NCBI GenBank assembly: GCA_041618055.1
Contig: JBFJNS010000001.1
Coordinates: 1 to 26,879, forward strand
Length of the DNA: 26,879 nt
Origin: Candidatus Binatia bacterium
GTDB taxonomy: Bacteria; Desulfobacterota; Binatia; UBA9968
Direction: 5' to 3'
Shown here: in pieces, positions 9,514-18,362 of the stretch
Layout of the letters: every line of letters begins with the position of its first letter
Position numbering within the stretch: the first letter of the stretch is position 1
Notes under the pieces: generated by a model
Told to the model about the DNA's origin: nothing
What the model saw: the letters and a program-made list of their open reading frames with translations, nothing else
The model's database searches: none
Position numbers and translations under genes: made by a program

Positions 9514-10041
9514 ATGATTATTGAATACAGAGGGCATAAACCAAAGATCTCATCAAAGGCGTTTATCGCTCCGACGGCGGTTATTATCGGCGACGTCACT
9601 ATCGGCGATCAGGCCAGCATCTGGTTCGGCGCGGTCTTGAGGTCAGATCAGAACGAGAACCCAATCGTCATTGGCGCCCGTACCAGCGTCCAGGATAACT
9701 GCGTCATTCATTGTGGAGAGGCCCCAAGCATAATAGAAGACGATGTCACGATTGGCCACGGAGCCATTATGGAGGGCTGCATCATCCGGCGGGCGGCCAT
9801 CATCGGGATGAACGTGACCGTCTTGGAGAACACCGAGATCGGAGAGGAATCGCTGATTGCCGCCGGCAGTGTCGTCGTCCCGCACACGAAGATTCCCCCG
9901 CGGGTTCTGGCCGCCGGAAGCCCGGCCAAGGTTAAAAAAGAGATCAGCGGAGAGGCTTTGAACTGGATCAAGATGGGCTCGTCCACCTATGTCAACCTGT
10001 GCCGCAACTACCTCGGGGGAGACTACAAGATTATCGGATAG
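9514..10041 (+). CDS. Gamma-class carbonic anhydrase family / hexapeptide-repeat protein (YrdA/PaaY-like)
   Basis: AFIAPTAVIIGDV.IG..ASIWFGAVLR.D, SVQDNCVIH, TIGHGAI, hexapeptide repeats. TTG at 9511 is an alternative start. Confidence 0.9.
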   Translation: MIIEYRGHKPKISSKAFIAPTAVIIGDVTIGDQASIWFGAVLRSDQNENPIVIGARTSVQDNCVIHCGEAPSIIEDDVTIGHGAIMEGCIIRRAAIIGMNVTVLENTEIGEESLIAAGSVVVPHTKIPPRVLAAGSPAKVKKEISGEALNWIKMGSSTYVNLCRNYLGGDYKIIG

Positions 10042-10336
10042 GCAAATAACGTGAAGAGACTTCTTAAATGATCAGAGTCAGGGAACCCACTCCAAAGCAA
10101 TCTGCTAAGATTGATGTGGCTGCCCTCTCCAAGTGCTCCAACGATTCTCCCTGCAGGTCGCATCTGTCAAGAAAATAATCGTGACTAGACCTAGCTTCTT
10201 TCAGATCTCCAGCACAGACCCCATTCATTAGGCCTACCCCTGTACGGAATCCACACGACGTTTTACGTCGCGCGGGACTAAAATCCGGGCAATTCCAGCG
10301 CGACTTGTCCATGACGCGCTTTGAATTCCAGGGATC

Positions 10337-10370
10337 TTGACAAAATCTATATTTCGATAACAATAGAAAT
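10337..10370 (+). promoter_or_regulatory. arsR promoter with overlapping inverted repeat (probable ArsR operator)
   Basis: TTGACA (10337-10342), -10-like AACAAT (10359-10364), and the imperfect palindrome ATTTCGAT-AACA-ATAGAAAT (10351-10370) ending at the GTG start. Confidence 0.6.
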
Positions 10371-10766
10371 GTGGAACTAAAAGCTGCGGTCATGGCTCTT
10401 GCCGCACTTGCCCAAGAAACTCGCCTTTCAGTTTATCGCCTGCTGGTTGAGGCGGGACCTGAAGGCGTCTCGGTCGGCCGCATCGGCAAGGCCCTCAAAG
10501 TTCCCGGGGCGACGCTATCGTTTCATTTGAAGGAGCTCGCGCGTGCGAGTCTCATCTCTTCGCGTCAAGAGAAGCAGTTTATCTACTATGCGGCAGACTT
10601 CGAGCGCATGGCCGATTTGATGATTTTCCTCACTCAGAATTGTTGCCAGGGGATGCCGGAAAAATGCCTCACTGTCGTCGAGACGGCCTTGGGAAAGTGT
10701 TGTTCGGCTCCGGCAAAATCCAGGAAACCCAAACGAATAAGGAGTCGCTCTCAAAAGCGATTTTAG
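10371..10766 (+). CDS. arsR: ArsR/SmtB family arsenic-responsive repressor with C-terminal Cys site
   Basis: [21 protein letters not shown]...[13 protein letters not shown], and [10 protein letters not shown] matching the C-terminal CC-x5-C As(III) site of Acidithiobacillus-type ArsR. Upstream of acr3. Confidence 0.9.
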   Translation: MELKAAVMALAALAQETRLSVYRLLVEAGPEGVSVGRIGKALKVPGATLSFHLKELARASLISSRQEKQFIYYAADFERMADLMIFLTQNCCQGMPEKCLTVVETALGKCCSAPAKSRKPKRIRSRSQKRF

Positions 10767-10859
10767 TTGCATGTCTCACCGAACGATTTCGACGCCAATG
10801 TGCGGTTTTATTCGAAAGTTTTCGGAACGACGCCGCCCGAGATAGGACGTGTCGAATGA
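10755..10859 (+). pseudogene. Remnant of a glyoxalase/VOC (ArsI/CadI-like) gene
   Basis: In the arsR frame the sequence reads [26 protein letters not shown], resembling the ArsI/CadI N-terminus (MKRFHVHV.V.DL...IRFYS.LFG..P). AAGGAG (10739-10744) precedes a position where CAA stands instead of ATG. Internal TAG, and truncated after about 30 codons. Confidence 0.65.
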
Positions 10860-11971
10860 GGATCAACAAAGAAATGGCAGCAGAGGCAACCGAGACCCCC
10901 ATCGCCGACAAACTGTCTCGTTTGGACCGGTACCTAACGGTTTGGATTTTCCTGGCTATGGTGGTCGGCGTCGCAAACGGCTTTTTGTTCACCTCCGCCG
11001 TGCAGGCATTCAACACGGCCGTGTCGGTAGGCACGACCAACATCCCGATTGCCATTGGTTTGATCCTGATGATGTACCCGCCGCTGGCTAAAGTGCGTTA
11101 CGAAGAATTAGGAGACGTGTTTCGTAATTGGCGGGTGCTTGGGCTCTCGCTTGTGCAAAATTGGCTGATCGGGCCGCTCCTGATGTTCGTTCTCGCGATC
11201 CTTTTTTTGCGTGACTATCCCGAATATATGACCGGCCTCATTCTAATCGGCTTGGCGCGTTGTATCGCCATGGTCATCGTGTGGAACGACCTGGCTAAGG
11301 GCGATAGCGAGTATGCCGCGGGGCTAGTGGCGTTTAATAGCGTGTTTCAAGTGCTCCTTTACAGCGTCTATGCGTGGGTATTCATTACCGTTCTACCGAC
11401 TTGGTTCGGCATGAGCGGCGCCCTCGTGGAAATAACCATCGGCGAGATCGCTTGGACCGTGTTTATCTATTTGGGTATTCCGTTCATCGCCGGTTTTCTC
11501 ACGCGCCTTTTTCTGATCCGGGCAAAAGGAAAGGAGTGGTACCAAACGACTTTTGTCCCCAGAATCAGCCCGCTCACGCTGATCGCCTTGCTTTTTACGA
11601 TTATGGTGATGTTCAGTCTAAAGGGCGATCTCATCGTGCAGTTACCAGTGGACGTTGTAAGGATTGCCGTTCCGCTTTTGATTTATTTCGTATTGATGTT
11701 CCTCGTCTCGTTCGTCATGGGCTACAGCATTGGGGCGGATTACCCAAAGACGGCAACGCTCTCGTTTACCGCAGCCAGTAACAACTTCGAGCTCGCAATC
11801 GCCGTGGCAGTCGCCGTATTTGGCATTAACAGCGGCGCCGCCTTCGCTGCGGTGATAGGTCCGCTGATTGAGGTGCCAATCATGATCGGACTTGTTCACG
11901 TGGCCTTCTATCTCCAAGAGCACTTGTTCGGCAAAACAAGCGCGCCTCTAGCAAAAACCGGGGCCCAGTAG
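10856..11971 (+). CDS. acr3: Acr3 family arsenite efflux transporter
   Basis: [74 protein letters not shown]. Likely start ATG 10856 or 10874, not 10640. Confidence 0.95.
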   Translation: MRINKEMAAEATETPIADKLSRLDRYLTVWIFLAMVVGVANGFLFTSAVQAFNTAVSVGTTNIPIAIGLILMMYPPLAKVRYEELGDVFRNWRVLGLSLVQNWLIGPLLMFVLAILFLRDYPEYMTGLILIGLARCIAMVIVWNDLAKGDSEYAAGLVAFNSVFQVLLYSVYAWVFITVLPTWFGMSGALVEITIGEIAWTVFIYLGIPFIAGFLTRLFLIRAKGKEWYQTTFVPRISPLTLIALLFTIMVMFSLKGDLIVQLPVDVVRIAVPLLIYFVLMFLVSFVMGYSIGADYPKTATLSFTAASNNFELAIAVAVAVFGINSGAAFAAVIGPLIEVPIMIGLVHVAFYLQEHLFGKTSAPLAKTGAQ

Positions 11972-12020
11972 GTTCGAGAATTAAGGCGGTCGGCCAGCCC
12001 GTACCTGAGACCAGAGTTAG

Positions 12021-12071
12021 ATGGGACAAAAGAGGAGACAGTTTATTTGGATCGACAATTTGTCTCGGAGT
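12021..12071 (+). pseudogene. Possible decayed arsC (LMW-PTP-type arsenate reductase) N-terminus
   Basis: MGQKRRQFIWIDNLSRS keeps the N/R/S spacing of the CxxNSxRS P-loop. Single-base changes (TGG>TGC, GAC>CAC, TTG>TCG, TCT>GCT/TGT) would give FICIHNS[A/C]RS. It sits directly after acr3. Confidence 0.35.
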
Positions 12072-12122
12072 GGTGATCGGTTGCACACTTCCGGAGAACG
12101 ACTCGATTACAAGGAGACGGAT

Positions 12123-12599
12123 ATGAAGACACTGAAGGTTCGTTGGCAGCGCCTCGTGGACGAACACGGGCGAACCTGTGACCGTTGTGGCACAACCGAA
12201 AAAGCGATCGGGGATGCAGTGGAGAAACTAAAGCGTTCCCTCGGAGAACTGGGGATAGGCGTTGTTCTGGAGAAAGAGGCTCTCAGTCTCTCCACATTCC
12301 ACAAGGACCCGCTCGAGTCGAATCGCATTTGGGTTGGCGGAGAGCCGTTCGAGAGGTGGCTGTCCGCTACAAGTGGCCAGAGTAAGTGTTGTTCGACTTG
12401 CGGCGACTCAGACTGCCGAACTGTAACGGTTGATGGCAAGACTTATGAATCCCTTCCTGCCGAACTGATCGTCAAGGCAGGGCTGCTTGCGAGTGCCCAG
12501 TTGCTTCCCTTCGAGTCCGGTGCCGGATGCTGTCCACCTCCCGAATCGCGGCAAGAAAATTTTGGATGTTATCCACCCTTTTCGCAGCACCAGCGATGA
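12123..12599 (+). CDS. DUF2703 family Cys-rich protein (ars-operon associated)
   Basis: MKTLKVRWQRLV...TCDRC..T, ESNRIW, CCSTCGDSDCRTV...YESLPAELIVKAGL. AAGGAG RBS before ATG 12123. Confidence 0.8.
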   Translation: MKTLKVRWQRLVDEHGRTCDRCGTTEKAIGDAVEKLKRSLGELGIGVVLEKEALSLSTFHKDPLESNRIWVGGEPFERWLSATSGQSKCCSTCGDSDCRTVTVDGKTYESLPAELIVKAGLLASAQLLPFESGAGCCPPPESRQENFGCYPPFSQHQR

Positions 12600-13093
12600 A
12601 AGAAACCATCTAATACACCGGATGCAGGCCACCGCTCCTAGCCCCGCCCGAGTCACCGCGTTGGCGTCTTGGGCGGCCGCATTCATACCAAAATTGCAGC
12701 TGCAATTTAACGGGTCGCTCTGATCAAATTTAAAGCACCTGACACGCAAACCTTGCGACTCGGAAAGGCCCCCGCCAGTTTTGGCCTTACAGGCACGCTT
12801 CAAGCGAGGTAAATTTCAGCAAGCCAGCCTGGCTTTCGCTGCAGACAGCGGATGGAAGGGAGATACTTGAATGGGCTCCCCTACTCTGCGACCTGCTCTT
12901 CGACGACAAGCCGCATTCTCCGGCGCTCGGGCCCCCTGCGGAGATCATGAGTGGGGGCCTGGCATGAAATAAGATATCGGTTCGATTCCCCAGTTGCTAC
13001 TCTTCGGAATTTATCTTATTCCGTGCTAGCGATTGAAGCGCCATTTTTAGACAGGCACAGCTATAGCTGATACCCGGCCAATTTGCGGACAGC

Positions 13094-13558
13094 TTATGTC
13101 TGCCGCGTGGCGGTTTCGACCGCTTTGAAAATCTTGGTGTAGCCGGTGCAGCGGCATAGATTGCCCGCCATGGCGATCTTTACCTCTTCCGGCGTCGGTG
13201 TCGGATTGTGATCCACGAGCGCCTTCAGCGACATTAAAACTCCGGGAGTACAATAACCACACTGCACGGCGCCTTCCTTGATGAAGGCCTGTTGCAGCGG
13301 GTGCAGCTTGCCGTTCTTCGCCAGCCCTTCGATCGTCACGATCTCCTTGCCTTGTGCCGTTGCAGCGAGGACGAGACATGAGTTCACCGGCTTGCCGTCC
13401 AGCAACACCGTGCAGGCGCCGCAGTCCCCGACATCGCAGCCCTTCTTGCTGCCTGTAAGCCGGACCTCCTCGCGCAGCACATCGACCAGAGTTCGGTAGG
13501 GAGCGATGACAAGGTCGTAAGTCTCGCCGTTGACATTGAGTTGCACAGGTATTTTCAT
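13094..13558 (-). CDS. Mo-hydroxylase small subunit, two [2Fe-2S] clusters (CoxS/XdhC-like)
   Basis: GCDVGDCGACTV, QCGYCTPG, GNLCRCTGY. ATG 13558 overlaps the upstream stop (ATGA). Confidence 0.93.
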   Translation of the reverse strand: MKIPVQLNVNGETYDLVIAPYRTLVDVLREEVRLTGSKKGCDVGDCGACTVLLDGKPVNSCLVLAATAQGKEIVTIEGLAKNGKLHPLQQAFIKEGAVQCGYCTPGVLMSLKALVDHNPTPTPEEVKIAMAGNLCRCTGYTKIFKAVETATRQT

Positions 13559-14445
13559 GAGCGGCCCTCCACTTTTTGGTTCCGTGCTCGTTCGAGAGCC
13601 GCTTGCACGGCCCGCCGGCAAAGCACTCGGATCATATCCAGGCGATATTCCGCAGATCCCCGAACGTCTGAGATCGGACGGGCCGCCTCGGCGGCAACCT
13701 CGGCAACCTCATCGATGAGCACGTTGGTGACCTCTTTGTTGTTGATGACATCTTCCGCCGGCCGCGCCCGGATCGGCGTGGGAGCCACCGAACCCATGGC
13801 GATTCGGCATTCGGAGACGAGTTGATCCGAGCCATTCAAGTGAACAGCGACGCCGATTCCCACGATCGCGATCTCCATCGCCTCGCGCCGTCCGAGCTTC
13901 AGGTACGTTGCGCCCCGCCGGCCGGACGCTGGCGGCAAGAAAATTTCCTTTAGGACTTCGTCCGGCTCCAGAACCGTTTGGCGCGGGCCCAGAAAGAATT
14001 CGTTGATCGACACCTTTCTCTCGCCCCGCGCGCTTGCGAGCGTCAGCACGGCATCCATCAATAGCAGCGGTGGAGCGGCATCGGCGGCTGGAGACGCATT
14101 GCAGATATTCCCCCCGACGGTGCCGAGGTTCTGAATTTGTATCGCGCCCACCTGAGAGCACGCCTCCGCCAGGTCCGGATATCGCTGCTGGATAATCGGC
14201 GAGAGCGCCACGTCCCCGTGGCTCGCAAGACTGCCCAGCGTGACTCCGCCTCCGTTCTCGCTGCGAATGAAATTCAACTCCCTGACTCCACCCAGGCTCA
14301 TGACCGTTTCCGCTTTGAGCTTTCCATCTTTCAAGAGCACCAGAAGGTCGGTGCCGCCTGCCAGGACCTTCGCGCTCTCCCGATGAGATTTCTTCATATC
14401 GAGGGCTTCCTGAAGGCTTTTGGGCTGTAATAATTCAAATCTCAT
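13555..14445 (-). CDS. Mo-hydroxylase FAD-binding medium subunit (CoxM-like)
   Basis: LAGGTDLLV, QIQNLGTVGGNICNASPAADAAPPL, PISDVRGSAEYR. Confidence 0.93.
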   Translation of the reverse strand: MRFELLQPKSLQEALDMKKSHRESAKVLAGGTDLLVLLKDGKLKAETVMSLGGVRELNFIRSENGGGVTLGSLASHGDVALSPIIQQRYPDLAEACSQVGAIQIQNLGTVGGNICNASPAADAAPPLLLMDAVLTLASARGERKVSINEFFLGPRQTVLEPDEVLKEIFLPPASGRRGATYLKLGRREAMEIAIVGIGVAVHLNGSDQLVSECRIAMGSVAPTPIRARPAEDVINNKEVTNVLIDEVAEVAAEAARPISDVRGSAEYRLDMIRVLCRRAVQAALERARNQKVEGRS

Positions 14446-16721
14446 GTTTGCGCTCCTTTCTCAGTGCCACGGGAGTTGGCTGCTAAGCCTGACTCCTTCA
14501 GGGCTTTCACGATCTTCTCGCCGGTAATCGGCAGGTCGGAAATGCGCACACCGATGGCATCGAAGACTGCGTTTGCCACCGCAGGGGCAATGGGGCAAGT
14601 GGGCAGCTCGCCGATCGACTTCGCCTGAAACGGACCCGCCCCAGGCGCCCCTTCGATTAACAACGTGACAATCTCCGGCGCATCTCGGGAGGTGCAAAGC
14701 TTGTAGTCCGCCAAGGTGGGGTTAGTCACCTTTCCTTTGTCCCGCTGCATTTCTTCCAGGAGAGCAAAACCTATCCCCTGGACGATGCCCCCCTCGATTT
14801 GCCCTTCGGCGGCTGCCGGGTTTATGGCAAATCCGATGTCGTGGGCGGCGGTGACGCGTTTGACTTCGACGTATCCCCTCTCCGGATCCACCTGCACTTC
14901 GGCGATGTGCGTCGCAAAGCAGGTATCCTCCATCACGCTGCTGGCGAAGGTCTCCTCGGCCATGATCTGAGATTTTTTCACGTTTCTGACCGCCTGGCCG
15001 TAGGAAACTTTTTTACTGGGATCCGACTTTAAGAAAAGAGATCCGTCTCGCACATCGATGAGCTCTTGAGCCTGCTCTGGGGGACATTGCAAAATCTTAC
15101 TGGCGCTCGCAATGAGCTCTCTCTTCACTTCTAGAGCGGCGCGATAAACCGACTGCCCGGCAACGAAAGTCGTTCTGCCCCCGCCGGCGCCCTGATCATA
15201 AGGGGCTGAATCCGTGTCGACGAGATTGATGGTGATTTGTTCCATCGGAACCTTGAGCACCTCGGCGGCGATCTGGCAAAGAATTGTACGCGCGCCGGTG
15301 CCGGGATCCGAGGAGCCGGAGATGATATTGACGCTGCCGTCTCCGTTCACAATGACGACGGCGCTCGATTCTCCCGTTCCCGTGGGGCGCTCTGCGCAAG
15401 CGATGCCGATGCCGTAGTGCTCGTTCGGCTTAGGCTTTCCCCAGCTGCTCGCCTTGACGGCCGCATCCATGACTTCTTTCAGATTGATCCCTTTCCAGGG
15501 CTCCCCGGTGGGTGAGAGATCTCCATCCTCCAGGGCGTTTTGCCAGCGCAGCTGGAAAGGATCCATTTTGAGACCCCCGGCGATCATGTCCATGAAAGAC
15601 TCGACGGCGAAGGATGCTTGAGGGTCTCCAGGCGCTCGGCAGTGGCCGCACGGAAGCGTATGGGTGTAGACGTAATAACCGTCGATGCGTACATGCGGAA
15701 TGCGATAGGTGCCTCCAAGTTTCTTTGTGCCGCCCAAACCCACCTGCGGTTTATAGCCCGCATAGGCTCCGGAGTCGTAGATCGCACTTGCTTCCCAGGC
15801 CACGAGCTCACCTGATTTTTTGACTCCGGCTTTAAGGCGGATGATACTCGAATGGCGCGGGCTGCCAGCCAAGAATTCTTCTTGGCGCGACATCACCATC
15901 TTTACCGGGCGCCCCGCTTTTCGGGCCAGGTAGTAGCACAGAGGCTCGTCAAAAATCATTCCCTTGCCGCCAAAATCTCCTCCCACGAAACTGGGGATGA
16001 CCCGAACCCGAGTAATCGGCACACCTATGATTTCCGCCATCAAGCTGCGCACGCGAAAGGGAACTTTGTCCGAGCTCCAGACGGTGATGTTGCCGTCCGA
16101 AGCGATGTCGACCATGGCCGCATGGGTTTCCATGTAGCCCTGGTGAACCTCGGGAGTCGTAAAGGTGTGCTCGAAGACCAGATCGGCCTGCGCGAATCCT
16201 TGAGATGTCTCCCCTTTCGTGTACGTTTCGTGTAGAAACACATTGGTATTTTTTACCGGCTTCGGCAGACCTGAATAGGTGTGAACATCTTTATGCACGA
16301 GGATCGACTTGTCTTTCATGGCCTCGTTTACGTCCGTCAAGTGCGGTAACTCCTCGTACTCCACATCGATCAGATCCAATGCCTCGCGCGCGGTTTCCTC
16401 ATCGACCGCAGCCACGGCTGCGATTTTCTCGCCCACAAAACGCACTTCATCTCGGGCCAGGATCGGTATATCACGGAGTCTCAATCCGAGCAGAATGTCG
16501 GAAACGTCCGCAGCGGTAATCACCGCCTTGACACCCGGAAGCGCTTGCGCCCGTTCCGTGTTGATGCGCACGATGCGGGCGTGCGAGTGAGGCGAGCGCT
16601 TTGCCAGCCCATAGAGCATGCCGGGCAACATCACATCGGCCGTGTAAACCGCTTCACCGGTAACTTTACTCAAGGAATCGATCCGGGTTACCGATTTCCC
16701 GACGGCGTAAAAGTCGGACAT
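14442..16721 (-). CDS. Xanthine dehydrogenase family molybdopterin-binding large subunit, substrate unknown
   Basis: KVTGEAVYTAD, HQGYMETH, VGGDFGGKG, GQIEGGIVQGIG, AKSIGE. Active-site loop reads GHCRAPGDPQ. Confidence 0.92.
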   Translation of the reverse strand: MSDFYAVGKSVTRIDSLSKVTGEAVYTADVMLPGMLYGLAKRSPHSHARIVRINTERAQALPGVKAVITAADVSDILLGLRLRDIPILARDEVRFVGEKIAAVAAVDEETAREALDLIDVEYEELPHLTDVNEAMKDKSILVHKDVHTYSGLPKPVKNTNVFLHETYTKGETSQGFAQADLVFEHTFTTPEVHQGYMETHAAMVDIASDGNITVWSSDKVPFRVRSLMAEIIGVPITRVRVIPSFVGGDFGGKGMIFDEPLCYYLARKAGRPVKMVMSRQEEFLAGSPRHSSIIRLKAGVKKSGELVAWEASAIYDSGAYAGYKPQVGLGGTKKLGGTYRIPHVRIDGYYVYTHTLPCGHCRAPGDPQASFAVESFMDMIAGGLKMDPFQLRWQNALEDGDLSPTGEPWKGINLKEVMDAAVKASSWGKPKPNEHYGIGIACAERPTGTGESSAVVIVNGDGSVNIISGSSDPGTGARTILCQIAAEVLKVPMEQITINLVDTDSAPYDQGAGGGRTTFVAGQSVYRAALEVKRELIASASKILQCPPEQAQELIDVRDGSLFLKSDPSKKVSYGQAVRNVKKSQIMAEETFASSVMEDTCFATHIAEVQVDPERGYVEVKRVTAAHDIGFAINPAAAEGQIEGGIVQGIGFALLEEMQRDKGKVTNPTLADYKLCTSRDAPEIVTLLIEGAPGAGPFQAKSIGELPTCPIAPAVANAVFDAIGVRISDLPITGEKIVKALKESGLAANSRGTEKGAQT

Positions 16722-16766
16722 GGAAACCTCCTTTGCAGCTTGAAAAATAGGAATTTTTGAAATTTG

Positions 16767-16782
16767 CGCAAATCTTATGCCA
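16767..16782 (-). promoter_or_regulatory. Sigma54 (-24/-12) promoter for the Mo-hydroxylase L-M-S operon
   Basis: Minus strand TGGCATAAGATTTGCG has GG-N10-GC and closely matches TGGCAC-N5-TTGC. It lies about 45 bp upstream of the ATG, which has an AGGAGG RBS (16727-16732). Confidence 0.7.
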
Positions 16783-16842
16783 CTGCTTCAATTGGCAGGA
16801 CAACCTCGTCCCCCGGGCTCGAAGTCAGAGTCATGCGAGAAG

Positions 16843-16858
16843 AGGCAAGAAAGTTGCT
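16843..16858 (+). promoter_or_regulatory. Candidate sigma54 promoter for the OYE/ligase operon
   Basis: AGGCAAGAAAGTTGCT has GG-N10-GC with TTGCT at -12. Confidence 0.5.
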
Positions 16859-17065
16859 AGTAAGATCAACTAATTTCTTCACCCGTTAGCTGGCCGGGAA
16901 GGCGCAGCAAGTGAAAACAGTTAAATGAGTCGAGGCGGAGGCAGGTGGCTTTTTCCCAATCTAGGAAAAGTCCTTGGAAACAGTTGCATAGATAGGAATT
17001 TCGCGCGTCTATGAGGCGAGGGGCCCTTCTCGGATCGTAATGCTCGTCCAAGAGAGGTAATAACG

Positions 17066-18253
17066 ATGCCGCAAGCGAATCTGTTCACTCCGATAACCAT
17101 GCGGGGAGTCACATTTCCAAACCGAATCATGCGCACGTCGATGGTTTCCGGCCTGGCAACCGAAGATGGGTTAGTCACCGATGCGCTGAAGCAGAGGTAT
17201 CAGCGGGAAGCCAAGGGTGGAGTCGGTTCCATTGTTGTCGAGGCGGCCGTAGTTCTCCCTTCGCGCAGCTCCTTCAACCTGCGAATTAGCGACGACCAAT
17301 TTACCGACGGACTGCGAGACCTGGTCACGTCCGTTCGTGCGGCAAACCCGGAAACGATACTCGGCATCCAGATCATGCACTTCTTAAAAATAGCCAGAAG
17401 CGGCTGGCGCCAAAAGGTCGAGGACTTTAAGCCCGAGGATCTGCCTGTCATAGTCCAGCTGCATGCGCAAGCAGCGCGGCGCGCAGTTGCCGCCGGATTT
17501 GACTTCATCGAAATTCACATGGCCCATGCCTACACGCTGGCCTCATTCCTGTCCCGGTCGAATGGAAGAACCGATTCTTACGGTGGCAAGTTGGGCAACC
17601 GCATGCGACTGCCGATCGCAGTCTACGAGTCGGTTCGCGACGCCGTGGGCTCGGATTTCCCGGTTGGCGCGCGCATCAACGGGGAAGATTTCACTGCTTC
17701 GGGAAGTACCCTAATGCAATCCACTCGGGTGGCTGGCAGGCTTGCCAGGTTGGGCGTGGATTATATTAGCGTCTCGGCGGGAAGTAGATTCGAGGATGCC
17801 GCGCCTCCTCCGCCCAACATGCCCCCTGATCCGATGTCGGGATACAGCGGCCACCGAATGAGTCCGTGGTGGTGGTTTCCGGACTTGACGCATGTTTATC
17901 TCGCTCGGAGCATCCGCGAACATCTCCGAGAGCGCGGGTATTCCGTTCCCATCGTCGCCGCGGGAAAGATCCGCACCCCCACCGAGGCTGAGCAGGTCTT
18001 GGCTCAAGGGGGCGCAGATATCATCGGGCTGTGCCGCCCTCTGCTCTGCGATCCGGACTGGCCGCTCAAAGCCAAAAAGGGAAGGAGCAAAGACATTGTC
18101 CGATGCACTTCGTGCAACTGGTGCCTCGAGGCGGACTCCAGGTTTGAAAAAGTCACCTGCTCCCGCTGGCCCGAAGGCGCCGTGGTCGCCCCTGATCCAT
18201 TTTCGGCTGACATTGCCCGGCCGTCTGAATTACCTGAAGACGTGAGTTTGTAA
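17066..18253 (+). CDS. NADH:flavin oxidoreductase / Old Yellow Enzyme family with C-terminal Fe-S Cys motif
   Basis: FPNRIMRTSM, GFDFIEIHMAHAYTLASFLS..NGRTDSYGG.L.NRMR, IIGLCRPLLCDPDWP, and CTSCNWC-x11-C. Confidence 0.9.
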   Translation: MPQANLFTPITMRGVTFPNRIMRTSMVSGLATEDGLVTDALKQRYQREAKGGVGSIVVEAAVVLPSRSSFNLRISDDQFTDGLRDLVTSVRAANPETILGIQIMHFLKIARSGWRQKVEDFKPEDLPVIVQLHAQAARRAVAAGFDFIEIHMAHAYTLASFLSRSNGRTDSYGGKLGNRMRLPIAVYESVRDAVGSDFPVGARINGEDFTASGSTLMQSTRVAGRLARLGVDYISVSAGSRFEDAAPPPPNMPPDPMSGYSGHRMSPWWWFPDLTHVYLARSIREHLRERGYSVPIVAAGKIRTPTEAEQVLAQGGADIIGLCRPLLCDPDWPLKAKKGRSKDIVRCTSCNWCLEADSRFEKVTCSRWPEGAVVAPDPFSADIARPSELPEDVSL

Positions 18254-18362
18254 TCGCGCCGAATAAATTAACGACTCGTTGTCGAAATTCCCGATCCACG
18301 GCGTGCCGATGGCTTCATGTAAATCTGCTGCACACAGACGAGCAAAGACGAGCACAAAGGGT

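Noticed and set aside
10764-10766. TAG read-through (pyrrolysine) giving an ArsR-glyoxalase fusion
   Set aside because: The downstream segment stops after about 30 codons, far short of a VOC domain, and no pyl genes are visible. Pseudogenisation is simpler.
10640-10855. 72-aa N-terminal extension of Acr3 in the ORF track
   Set aside because: It overlaps arsR and the glyoxalase relic in another frame. Acr3 similarity starts after 10856.
12979-12989. GGTTCGATTCC resembling a tRNA T-arm (tRNA or integration scar)
   Set aside because: No acceptor, D or anticodon stems could be built around it, and there is no integrase or direct repeat in the window.
12600-13093. Possible gene remnants between DUF2703 and the 2Fe-2S subunit
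   Set aside because: The frames I translated by hand and the track ORFs gave no recognisable protein similarity.
13094-16721. Aerobic CO dehydrogenase (coxMSL)
   Set aside because: Lacks the AYxCSFR and AYRGAGR loops, the order is L-M-S, and no coxDEFG accessory genes are present.
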